DNA from: Azolla caroliniana
Lineage: Eukaryota; Plantae; Polypodiophyta
DNA length: 59,667 nucleotides
Assembly (NCBI GenBank): GCA_043228905.1
Contig: JBHGNT010000177.1
Coordinates: 1-59,667 of the forward strand
Direction of reading: 5' to 3'
Below the pieces are notes generated by a model. The model had not been told where the DNA came from. It worked only from the letters and a program-made list of their open reading frames with translations, and did no database searches. Positions within the stretch are counted from its first letter, which is position 1; each line of letters opens with the position of its first letter. Positions 1 to 9,851 of this stretch are shown in pieces. The translations under genes and the position numbers were made by a program.

Positions 1-2700
1 CACCTCAGCAAGGCCGGCATCACGCACCTATCTAGAGCCGGATACATCCCCAAACTCTCCTTCTCGGACCATCAATTCTGCGAGCATTGCCAGTATGGCA
101 AACAAGCAGCCGCATCACACCCAACATCAGCACCAAGAGAAACGAGACCTCTTGATTTGGTCCACTCGGATGTCTGTGGCCCAATGCCGCATCAGTCTCT
201 CGGCGGTGCCTCTTACTTCGTCACTTTTATTGACGATTCGACTCGAAAGGTGTGGGCTTATCCAATTCGCACCAAAGATCGGGTCTTCTCGATCTTCACC
301 GATTGGCTCGCTATGGTAGAAAATCAAACCGACCGAAAGTTGAAATGCTTTCGGACAGACAATGGGGGAGAGTTTAAATCCGAAGAATTCGTCAAATTCT
401 GCCGACAACGCGGCATCCGACGTGAATTTACGGCACCACACAGTCCGGAGCAAAACGGGATTGCCGAACGCATGAATCGGACAATCCAAGAACGGACAGT
501 TTCCATGCTCCAACACTCCGGACTGTCGGATGGCTTCTGGGCAGAGGCTCTACTCACGGCAGTACACATAATCAATATGTCGCCAAGTAGACCTCTAGGA
601 CTTCAAATTCCTCAGGAACTATGGATCGGCAGTAAGCCGAATTACGACAAGCTGAGGATCTTCGGATGCGAGGCGTACGCCCTTATTCCGAAAGATGATC
701 GCCGAAAACTTGCACCTCGGTCCAGGAAATGCATTTTCCTTGGATATGGATCCGACGGCGAAATGGGATACCGACTCTGGGACCCCGAACGCAGACAAAT
801 CGTTCGAAGTTCGGACGTTGTGTTCAACGAGTCGGCTATGAATCCATCAGTCGAAAAACCGATCGAAGTCCGAAGGGTAACATTCTCCGATGTGCCGACC
901 CTTCAAGAAGGCCCCGCTCTCAACACACGGTCAGCTTCATGGGTAGCTGAACCTTACACTACCGACTCGGACAACCCCGACTCGGCACAGCAAAACAATC
1001 CGCTTTCGGACCATCCGACCTTGATACCCGATGCGACCAGTCCAATCTTACCTCGCCGATCCGAGAGACTGTCGCAACCTCCGGAGAGGTATTCTCCTGG
1101 AATTTTCTTCACCGACGCCGGCGAACCGACGTCTTACGAAGAAGCATCGACATCTGTCGATTCCGCCACCTGGCATCTGGCGATGGAGTCGGAAATGCAC
1201 TCCATTCGGGCAAACAAGACTTGGGATCTGGTTGAATTACCTAGGAACCGACGTGCTCTTCCTTGCAAGTGGGTTTATCGACTAAAAGAGACGTCTGATT
1301 CGACCACCCCAAAGTACAAGGCCAGATTAGTTGCGAAGGGCTTCCGACAAGAATATAGCGTCGACTTCGACGAGATTTTTTCACCAGTGGTGAAAATGAC
1401 AACCCTCCGTTTTCTACTCGGCGTAGTGGCAGCCGACAACTTGGAGCTGATTCAGCTAGATGTCAAAACAGCATTCCTCCATGGTGATCTTGAAGAGGAA
1501 ATTTATATGGAGCAGCCAAAAGGCTTCGTGGCAACTGGCCAAGCACATCTAGTCTGCCGACTCAGGAAGAGTCTATACGGCCTCAAACAGGCACCGCGAC
1601 AATGGTACAAGAAGTTCGACGACTTCATCCAATCGATCGGCTTCTCAAAAAGCAATGAGGACCATTGTCTCTTTACCAACACAGCTCAAGATGGATCACC
1701 CATCTTCCTCATCATTTACGTGGACGACATGCTAATTTCTGGACGCCACGCGGGCGAACTTGCCGATCTCATTCGGCAACTGCGGTTGAAGTTTGCCATG
1801 AAGGACCTCGGTCCGGCACGACACATCCTTGGCATGAAGATTAGTCGGCATCGCGATAAACGACATCTTTTTTTGTCTCAGACCGACTATACCCGACGTG
1901 TCTTAGAACGCTTCAACATGCAATCAGCCAAATCTGCTTCAACCCCGCTCCCCATGAATCTTCGGCTCTCTCAGCGAGACTGCCCGACATCCGGTCCGGA
2001 GGGGGAAGATATGAAGTCGGTACCGTATGCACCGGCAGTCGGCTCCCTTATGTACCTGATGGTCGCGACACGGCCTGATATTTTTCACGCCGTAGGAGTC
2101 GTTAGCAGATTTATGCACAATCCTGGCCGATCGCATTGGAACGCAGTCAAGCATGTGTTCAGATATCTGGCTGGCACAAAAGACCACGGCATTCTTTTCG
2201 GTCCGAACCGAACCTCAGGCGTAGTCGGTTACACCGACTCGGACTTCGCCGGCTGTATAGACAGTCGGAAATCAACAACCGGATACTGCTTCAAATTCGG
2301 CAATGGAGCAATCTCGTGGAAGTCGAAACTTCAGGAGTGCACAACGACCTCAACGACCGAAGCAGAATATGTAGCTGCGTCTGACGCAGCAAAAGAAGCT
2401 TTGTGGCTCGGTCGGCTGGCGCACACGTTTCGACAAGTCGACCATGACTCGGCTCCAGTTGTCTACAGCGACAGTCAAGGTGCTGTTGCCTTGTCGAAAA
2501 ATCCGGTTCACCACAACGCCTCCAAACATATCGACGTTCGATATCACTTCGTTCGGGATTGCGTCATTTCAGGGAAAATCGGTCTAGAGAAAATATCCAC
2601 AACCGACAATGTCGCAGATGGAATGACCAAGTGTCTTTCGGCAGACCGTTTTCGGTCCCTTCGGCATCAGATGGGTGTAACGACAAACCAGTCCGGTTAG
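1..2700 (+). CDS. pol: Copia pol polyprotein of element A (GAG-pre-integrase Zn finger, rve integrase, RT, RNase H); 5'-partial
   Basis: Frame 1 is open from base 1 (HLSKAG...FCEHCQYGKQ...LDLVHSDVCGP), so the ORF-track start at 157 is not the real start. DDE motifs: VHSDVC, RTDNGGEF, NGIAERMNRT. Also FLGY; RT motifs YKARLVAKGF, QLDVKTAFLHG, SLYGLKQAPRQW, YVDD; RNase H motifs YTDSD, TTEAEY, YSDSQ, KHIDVRYHF, ADGMTK. TAG stop ends at 2700. Confidence 0.96.
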   Translation, partial: HLSKAGITHLSRAGYIPKLSFSDHQFCEHCQYGKQAAASHPTSAPRETRPLDLVHSDVCGPMPHQSLGGASYFVTFIDDSTRKVWAYPIRTKDRVFSIFTDWLAMVENQTDRKLKCFRTDNGGEFKSEEFVKFCRQRGIRREFTAPHSPEQNGIAERMNRTIQERTVSMLQHSGLSDGFWAEALLTAVHIINMSPSRPLGLQIPQELWIGSKPNYDKLRIFGCEAYALIPKDDRRKLAPRSRKCIFLGYGSDGEMGYRLWDPERRQIVRSSDVVFNESAMNPSVEKPIEVRRVTFSDVPTLQEGPALNTRSASWVAEPYTTDSDNPDSAQQNNPLSDHPTLIPDATSPILPRRSERLSQPPERYSPGIFFTDAGEPTSYEEASTSVDSATWHLAMESEMHSIRANKTWDLVELPRNRRALPCKWVYRLKETSDSTTPKYKARLVAKGFRQEYSVDFDEIFSPVVKMTTLRFLLGVVAADNLELIQLDVKTAFLHGDLEEEIYMEQPKGFVATGQAHLVCRLRKSLYGLKQAPRQWYKKFDDFIQSIGFSKSNEDHCLFTNTAQDGSPIFLIIYVDDMLISGRHAGELADLIRQLRLKFAMKDLGPARHILGMKISRHRDKRHLFLSQTDYTRRVLERFNMQSAKSASTPLPMNLRLSQRDCPTSGPEGEDMKSVPYAPAVGSLMYLMVATRPDIFHAVGVVSRFMHNPGRSHWNAVKHVFRYLAGTKDHGILFGPNRTSGVVGYTDSDFAGCIDSRKSTTGYCFKFGNGAISWKSKLQECTTTSTTEAEYVAASDAAKEALWLGRLAHTFRQVDHDSAPVVYSDSQGAVALSKNPVHHNASKHIDVRYHFVRDCVISGKIGLEKISTTDNVADGMTKCLSADRFRSLRHQMGVTTNQSG

Positions 2701-2886
2701 AGCCGGACACAGAGCAGGATGGTTCCCGACAACCGACATCAGTTCCTTAATGATCGGCTTCAACTGTTCCGACCCGACCAGTTCGGTCTTCTGCCTTCGG
2801 ACCCTGCCGACTCGAACAAAGCTGATATGTCCGAGAACCTAAGTCTATACCTGTAATCTTAGATAACCCATGTATACGCCCATTAC

Positions 2887-2893
2887 GGGGGAG
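2887..2893 (+). other. Polypurine tract of element A
   Basis: GGGGGAG lies immediately before the TG that begins the LTR, the canonical copia PPT position. Confidence 0.85.
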
Positions 2894-2981
2894 TGTCGAA
2901 TACATGTGTATAATGGACGTATTCACACTATCCCGTTTTGGCCATTTATGTAATTAGCATAAAGGGTAGTTGCCCTAAGTC

Positions 2982-3001
2982 GGTCACTATATATAGTGAC
3001 C
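2982..3001. promoter_or_regulatory. TATA box of LTR A within a perfect 20-bp palindrome
   Basis: GGTCACTATATATAGTGACC is its own reverse complement and lies about 90 bp into the LTR. Confidence 0.65.
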
Positions 3002-3066
3002 TTGTAACCTTTTTGTAAGGTTGGGTGTTGTATTATTGCTTTATGGAATAAGAAAGTCTTTTGTGC

Positions 3067-3094
3067 CTCTCTGTCTCTCTCTCTCTCTCTCTCT
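3067..3094. repeat. (CT)n microsatellite within LTR A
   Basis: CTCTCTGTCTCTCT...CTCT, a CT run with one interruption. Confidence 0.9.
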
Positions 3095-3134
3095 GTGCAA
3101 CGACCTACAAACTGTCATACGCAGGTACTCAACA

Positions 3135-3183
3135 GCAATCGAATGCTTCTTGATCTTCCGCACAGACGACTTTGTCTCCAACA
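3135..3183. mobile_element. Putative terminal 49 bp of a third LTR (element C)
   Basis: Lies between the end of LTR A and the point where the element B integrase becomes recognisable. Ends in CTCCAACA (reverse complement TGTTGGAG), a typical LTR terminus. Confidence 0.5.
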
Positions 3184-3184
3184 G

Positions 3185-5710
3185 TCACATGGCGGAGCCC
3201 AGTACTTCGTGACATTCATTGATGATCACAGCCGGAAACTGTGGACGGCACCGTTGAAGACAAAGGACCAAGTGTTGTCCGTCTTCAAAGAACTCCACGC
3301 AAGAGTGGAAAGGGAATCCGGCAAGAAGCTGAAAGCGATACGAGCGGATAACGAAGGGGAATACCGGGGGCAGTTCGCGGAGTACTGTCGCTCGAAGGGA
3401 ATCCGGCTCGAGTTTACTGTGCCGAAGACGCCGGAACTGAACGGGCTGGCCGAGAGGATGAACCGGACCATAATGGAGAGGGTCCGGAGTATGCTGGCGC
3501 ATGCGAAATTACCCAAGGGGTTTTGGGCTGAGGCAATGTCGACGGCGACATATGTGATAAACAGATCACCCTCAGTACCTTTGGACGGAGACACGCCGCA
3601 GAGAGTGTGGACCGGTAGGGAAGTATCTTACCGGCATCTGAAGGTGTTCGGGTGTCTCGCATACGTGCATGTGGCAAAGGACCGGAGAGGAAAGCTAGAT
3701 CCAAAGACCCGGCCATGCATATTCCTCGGTTACGGCGACGACGAGTTCGGCTACCGAGTATGGGACCCGGTCGACAAGAAGATATTCAGGAGTCGAGACA
3801 TCATCTTCATGGAGGACAAGACACTTGCCGACTGGGAGTCGGAGAAGAAGATGAAGAGCTCCAAGACGACCGGTGAGGATCAACTCTACGAGGAGCAGTC
3901 CCGACCGGCAAGGGACCGGTTAGCACTCGAGGATCCGGCCGAAGACGGTGGAGAAACAGAACCGGCCGAAGAAGATGAAAATGATACCGGAATCGGCCCC
4001 GATCCGGAAATGGATTCGGATGAAGAAGAATCGGAAGAACCGGTTACCGAAGCTCCGGAACGGAGATATCCTCTAAGAGAGAGAAGGGCCCCCCGGAGAT
4101 TTCCGGAACCAGAGCACGTGCTGCTAACCGACGAGGGGGAGCCGGAGAGCTTTGAAGAAGCAAAGCATGACACCCAGAGCCGCAGGTGGTTGAGTGCCAT
4201 GCAGGACAAGATGGATTCCCTGCATGAGAACCACACATATGAACTTGTGGAGTTGCCGAAAGGTAAGCGGGCACTTCGAAACAAGTGGGTGTTCAAGCTG
4301 AAACCGGGAGATGCCGGAAACCCCCCGAGATACAAAGCCAGGATCGTGGTGAAGGGGTTTCAGCAGAAGAAGGGCGTCGACTTCGACGAGATATTTGCCC
4401 CGGTAGTGAAGATGACCTCCATCCGGACGGTGCTGAGCATAGCGGCAATCATGGACCTCGAGGTAGAACAGATGGACGTGAAGACGGCATTCCTTCACGG
4501 TGACCTCGATGAAGAGATCTACATGCAGCAACCGGAAGGATTCGAGAAGAAAGGGAAGGAGCACCTGGTATGCCGGTTGAAGAAGAGCCTTTATGGACTG
4601 AAGCAGGCTCCCCGGCAATGGTACCGGAAGTTTGACTCTTTCATGACCGACGAAGGGTACCTCAAAATGCAGTCCGACCACTGCGTGTTTGTGAAGAAGT
4701 TCGAAGGAGGAGACTTTCTAATACTCCTCCTGTACGTGGACGACATGTTGATCGTCGGACGGGACCAGGTCAAGATACGGATGCTGAAGAAGGCTCTTCG
4801 CCGAACCTTCTCGATGAAGGACTTGGGTCCGGCGAGACAAATACTAGGGATGCACATCATCCGGGACCGGAAGAAGAAGCAGTTGTGGCTGTCACAGGAG
4901 AAGTACGTGACAAAGGTGCTTCACCGGTTCAACATGTCGGAAGCAAGACCGGTCGGGTCAACACTCCCGGCAAACTGCAAGCTGTCCAGCAAGCAAAGCC
5001 CCAAGACAAAGGCTGAGAAGGAGGACATGATGAAAGTACCATATGCCTCTGCCGTCGGGAGCTTGATGTACGCGATGGTGTGTACCCGACCAGACATAGG
5101 ATATGCAGTCGGAGTGGTGAGTCGGTACATGAGCAATCCCGGCAAAGAGCATTGGAACGCGGCCAAGTGGATACTCCGATACCTGAAAGGCACGGCAAAC
5201 GTGTGCCTCCGATTCGGCTCCGGTAAGCCCGAACTCGACGGCTTCACCGATTCGGATATGTCGGCTGATGCAGATACCAGCCGATCCACATCAGGGTATG
5301 TGATGACGTATGCAGGGGGAGCCGTTTCGTGGCAGTCGAGGCTGCAGAAGACGGTTGCGTTGTCAACCACGGAGGCGGAGTACATGGCAGCTGTTGAAGC
5401 CGACAAGGAAATAATATGGATGAAGGACTTCATTAGAGAGCTCGGTATCCGGCAGGAGGAGTACCGACTCTACTGCGACAGTCAGAGTGCCATCCACCTT
5501 GCGAAGAACGCTGCCTACCATTCCCGGACGAAACACATCCACCGTAGATACCACTGGATCCGGGAGAGGATAGAAGACGAGGAGTTCGTGCTGACGAAGA
5601 TCCACACGGACGAGAACGGGTCGGATATGCTGACCAAGGTGCTCACACCCGACAAGCTGGAAGCATGCCGGAAGAGGATCGGGTTGGAGAGACATCCCAT
5701 GCCGAAGTGA
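3185..5710 (+). pseudogene. pol: 5'-disrupted copia pol of element B (integrase from SHGGAQYFVTFIDD onward, RT, RNase H)
   Basis: Motifs YFVTFIDD, RADNEGEY, NGLAERMNRT, FLGY, YKARIVVKGF, QMDVKTAFLHG, LYVDDML, FTDSD, STTEAEY, YCDSQSA, SDMLTK; TGA ends at 5710. The Zn finger and first catalytic Asp (VHxDVC) are absent. The first ~30 residues of the ORF-track protein (3095..) are read-through from LTR sequence. Confidence 0.9.
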
Positions 5711-5718
5711 AGGGGGAG
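5709..5718 (+). other. Polypurine tract of element B
   Basis: GAAGGGGGAG overlaps the pol stop codon and is followed by a TT spacer and then TGTTGG. Confidence 0.88.
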
Positions 5719-5781
5719 TTTGTTGGGATTTCGGTCCCTCCGGATGGGATGTCCGGAGATGAATGACGGCAAGCCCGGTTG

Positions 5782-5860
5782 CGGTTACGGAGCCGGATGA
5801 TGAAGACCCCGGTTACGGAGCCGGATGATGAAGACCCCGGTTACGGAGCCGGATGACGAA
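5782..5860 (+). repeat. 28-bp tandem repeat (~2.8 copies) in U3 of LTR B
   Basis: Unit CGGTTACGGAGCCGGATGATGAAGACCC starts at 5782, 5810 and 5838. Confidence 0.92.
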
Positions 5861-5959
5861 TGTACCCGGAGAAAGATCCGGATGCGGGGACATATTTGTG
5901 AATATGTTTGCCAAGAGCCCTTGAGGCTATATTTGTAAATAGCCCGAAAGTCATATGTG

Positions 5960-5967
5960 TATAAATA
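5960..5967 (+). promoter_or_regulatory. TATA box of LTR B
   Basis: TATAAATA about 240 bp into the LTR, between and partly overlapping the inverted repeat AAGTCATAT (5948-5956) / ATATGACTT (5965-5973). Confidence 0.65.
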
Positions 5968-8900
5968 TGACTTAGGGCAAACAGTTTGTTGTTGCTGCTG
6001 ATCATTTTTTCAGTTTTTCCCACTTAAGAGGAGTGAAGAGAGAGAGAGAGCAGCCGCGGAGAGATAGAGCGTGAGAGAGGAAGAGGTCGACGCCTCTGTG
6101 CATTTCCGCCGCCTATGGCGAGGACAGCGAGCTCAAGGTCGTCGCCTTGCAGCTCGCCATTGTATACTTCTCTATGTATAGTGTTGGTTTGGAGTCTTGT
6201 ACTCCCGTGGTTTTTCCCGTACAGGGTTTTCCACGTTAAATCGTGTGTCCACTCTATTTTTCGCATTTCCTATTTTCTGCAACAACGATTCGTGTGTTCT
6301 CCTTGGTTGTGGCCGAGCGGTGAAGTTTGGAAAGCGTTGATCGATTTTCCGTCAGTTAAAAAATCAAGATTTTGAAACTCAGGTCGCGAGACATGACGAA
6401 ATTACCAAATTTGAGGAGTGAGTTGAGAGAAGCCCTTGAGTAAATTAAAATGTTCATACCTGGCTCGTGTGATATCGGATTTTTGTGTTCAAACATCCGA
6501 ATCGAAGCTAACAACGCTAGCTATGATATGGAATTAAAAAATCAAGATTTTGAAACTCAGGTCGCAAGACATGACGAAAATACCAAATTTGAGGAGTGAG
6601 TTGAGAGAAGCCCTTGAGTAAATTAAAATGTTCATACCTTGCTCGTGTGATATCGGATTTTTGTGTTCAAACATGCGAATCGAAGCTAATAACACTAGCT
6701 ATGATATAGAATTAGAAAATCAAGATTTTGAAACTCAGGTCGAGAGACATGACGAAATTACCAAATTTGAGGAGTGAGTTAAGAAGAGCTATGACGTAAA
6801 TCAAAATGTTCATACCTGGCTCGTGTGATATCGGATTTTTGTGTTCAAACATGCGAATCCAAGCTAACAATGCTAGCTATGATATGGAGTTAAAAAATCA
6901 AGATTTTGAAACTCAGGTCGCGAGACATGACGAAATTACCAAATTTGAGGAGTGAGTTGAGAGAAGCCCTTGAGTAAATTAAAATGTTCATACCTGGCTC
7001 GTGTGATATCGGATTTTTGTGTTCAAACATGCGAATCGAAGCTAACAACGCTAGCTATGATATGGAATTAAAAAATCAAGATTTTGAAACTCAGGTCGCA
7101 AGACATGACGAAAATACCAAATTTGAGGAGTGAGTTGAGAGAAGCCCTTGAGTAAATTAAAATGTTCATATCTGGCTCGTGTGATATCGGATTTTTGTGT
7201 TCAAACATGCGAATCGAAGCAAACAACGCTAGCTATGATATGGAATTAAAAAATCAAGATTTTGAAACTCAGGTCGAGAGCCATGACGAAATTACCAAAT
7301 TTGAGGAGTGAGTTGAGAAGAGCTATGACGTAAATTAAAATGTTCATACCTGGCTCGTGTGATATCGGATTTTTGTGTTCAAACATGCAAATCGAAGCTA
7401 ACAACGCTAGCTATGATATGGTATTAAAAAATCAAGATTTTCAAACTCAGGTCGCGAGACATGACTAAATTACCAAATTTGAGGAGTGAGTTGAGAGAAG
7501 CCCTTGAGTAAATTAAAATGTTCATACCTGGCTCATGTGATATCGGATTTTTGTGTTCACACATGCGAATCGAAGCTACCAATGCTAGCTATGATATGGA
7601 GTTAAAAAATCAAGATTTTGAAACTCAGGTCGCGAGACATGACGAAATTACCAAATTTGAGGAGTGAGTTGAGAGAAGCCCTTGAGTAAATTAAAATGTT
7701 CATACCTGGCTCGTGTGATATCGGATTTTTGTGTTCAAACATGCGAATCGAAGCTAACAACGCTAGCTATGATATGGAATTAAAAAATCAAGATTTTGAA
7801 ACTCAGGTCGAGAGACATGATGAGATTACCAAATTTGAGGAGTGAGTTGAGAGAAGCCCTTGAGTAAATTAAAATGTTCATACCTGGCTCGTGTGATATC
7901 GGATTTTTGTGTTCAAACATGCGAATCGAAGCTAACAACGCTAGCTATGATATGGAATTAAAAAATCAAGATTTTGAAACTCAGGTCGCAAGACATGACG
8001 AAAATACCAAATTTGAGGAGTGAGTTGAGAGAAGCCCTTGAGTAAATTAAAATGTTCATACCTGGCTCGTGTGATATCGGATTTTTGTGTTCAAACATGC
8101 GAATCGAAGCAAACAACGCTAGCTATGATATGGTATTAAAAAATCAAGATTTTGAAACTCAGGTCGAGAGCCATGACGAAATTACCAAATTTGAGGAGTG
8201 AGTTGAGAAGAGCTATGACGTAAATCAAAATGTTCATACCTAGCTCGTGTGATATCGGATTTTTGTGTTCAAACATGCGAATCGAAGCTAACAACGCTAG
8301 CTATGATATGGAATTAAAAAATCAAGATTTTCAAACTCAGCTCGCGAGACATGACGAAATTACCAAATTTGAGGAGTGAGTTGAGAGAAGCCCTTGAGTA
8401 AATTAAAATGTTCATACCTGGCTCGTGTAATATCGGATTTTTGTGTTCACACATGCCAATCGAAGCTACCAATGCTAGCTATGATATGGAGTTAAAAAAT
8501 CAAGATTTTGAAACTCAGGTCGCGAGACATGACGAAATTACCAAATTTGAGGAGTGAGTTGAGAGAAGCCCTTAAGTAAATTAAAATGTTCATACCTGGC
8601 TCGTGTGATATCGGATTTTTGTGTTCAAACATGCGAATCGAAGCTAGCAACGCTAGCTATGATATAGAATTAAAAAATCAAGATTTTGAAACTCAGGTCG
8701 AGAGACATGATGAGATTACCAAATTTGAGGAGTGAGTTGAGAGAAGCCCTTGAGTAAATTAAAATGTTCATACCTGGCTCGTGTGATATCGGATTTTTGT
8801 GTTCAAACATGCGAATCGAAGCTAACAACGCTAGCTATGATATGGAATTAAAAAATCAAGATTTTGAAACTCAGGTCGCAAGACATGACGAAAATACCAA

Positions 8901-9707
8901 ATTTGAGGAGTGAGTTGAGAGAAGCCCTTGAGTAAATTAAAATGTTCATACCTGGCTCGTGTGATATCGGATTTTTGTGTTCAAACATGCGAATCGAAGC
9001 TAACAACGCTAGCTATGATATGGAATTAAAAAATCAAGATTTTGAAACTCAGGTCGCAAGACATGACGAAAATACCAAATTTGAGGAGTGAGTTGAGAGA
9101 AGCCCTTGAGTAAATTAAAATGTTCATACCTGGCTCGTGTGATATCGGATTTTTGTGTTCAAACATGCGAATCGAAGCAAACAACGCTAGCTATGATATG
9201 GAATTAAAAAATCAAGATTTTGAAACTCAGGTCGAGAGCCATGACGAAATTACCAAATTTGAGGAGTGAGTTGAGAAGAGCTATGACGTAAATCAAAATG
9301 TTCATACCTGGCTCGTGTGATATCGGATTTTTGTGTTCAAACATGCGAATCGAAGCTAACAACGCTAGCTATGATATGGAATTAAAAAATCAAGATTTTG
9401 AAACTCAGGTCGCGAGACATGACGAAATTACCAAATTTGAGGAGTGAGTTGAGAGAAGCCCTTGAGTAAATTAAAATGTTCATACCTGGCTCGTGTGATA
9501 TCGGATTTTTGTGTTCACACATGCGAATCGAAGCTACCAATGCTAGCTATGATATGGAGTTAAAAAATCAAGATTTTGAAACTCAGGTCGCGAGACATGA
9601 CGAAATTACCAAATTTGAGGAGTGAGTTGAGAGAAGCCCTTGAGTAAATTAAAATGTTCATACCTGGCTCGTGTGATATCGGATTTTTGTGTTCAAACAT
9701 GCGAATC

Positions 9708-9851
9708 GAAGCTAACAACGCTAGCTATGATATGGAATTAAAAAATCAAGATTTTGAAACTCAGGTCGAGAGACATGACGAAGCTAACAACGCTAGCTAT
9801 GATATGGTATTAAAAAATCAAGATTTTGAAACTCAGGTCGCAAGACATGAC
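9708..9851 (+). repeat. 72-bp tandem duplication inside one satellite monomer
   Basis: GAAGCTAACAACGCTAGC...AGACATGAC starts at 9708 and again at 9780; the array register shifts by exactly 72. Confidence 0.95.

Larger units (their letters stand above)
1..3134 (+). mobile_element. Ty1/copia LTR retrotransposon A (Tnt1/Tork-like); 3' part only, 5' part lies upstream of the window
   Basis: Domain order is integrase-RT-RNase H (copia order). It is followed by a ~185-bp 3' UTR, a polypurine tract at 2887-2893 and a TG...CA LTR at 2894-3134. Confidence 0.95.
2894..3134 (+). repeat. 3' LTR of element A (241 bp)
   Basis: Begins TGTCGAATACATGTGTAT and ends ATACGCAGGTACTCAACA; these termini are 14/18 inverted-repeat matches. 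Contains a TATA element (~2988-2995), an AATAAG polyA-like signal (~3047) and a (CT)n tract. Confidence 0.85.
3184..6354 (+). mobile_element. Ty1/copia LTR retrotransposon B (Tnt1/Tork-like), interrupted within integrase
   Basis: Integrase core-RT-RNase H, PPT at 5709-5718 and an LTR beginning TGTTGGGA at 5721. Its protein sequence and LTR are clearly different from element A. Confidence 0.93.
5721..6354 (+). repeat. 3' LTR of element B (~630 bp, right end uncertain or truncated at the satellite)
   Basis: Starts TGTTGGGA after the PPT. Contains U3 tandem repeats, TATAAATA at 5960-5967, a (GA)n tract at ~6037-6050 and a U5-like GGGTTTTCCACGTTAAAT segment. Non-satellite sequence stops at ...TTTTCCGTCA (6354) without the expected TCCCAACA inverted terminus. 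Confidence 0.75.

Noticed and set aside
3095-3184. N-terminus of the 871-aa ORF as a genuine start or LTR-driven fusion gene
   Set aside because: It has a non-ATG start inside LTR A and is chance read-through; homology begins only at about 3185.
6280-6284. CAACA as the right end of LTR B
   Set aside because: The match to the TGTTG start is only 5 bp and it leaves about 70 bp of U5-like sequence unexplained; possible but not favoured.
2894-6354. LTR A and LTR B as the paired LTRs of one element
   Set aside because: They share no similarity, differ in length, each follows its own PPT, and no PBS follows LTR A.
95-6375. Numerous short antisense and alternate-frame ORFs over the retrotransposons and LTRs
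   Set aside because: These are shadow ORFs of GC-rich pol sequence or low-complexity LTR sequence, with no recognisable domains.
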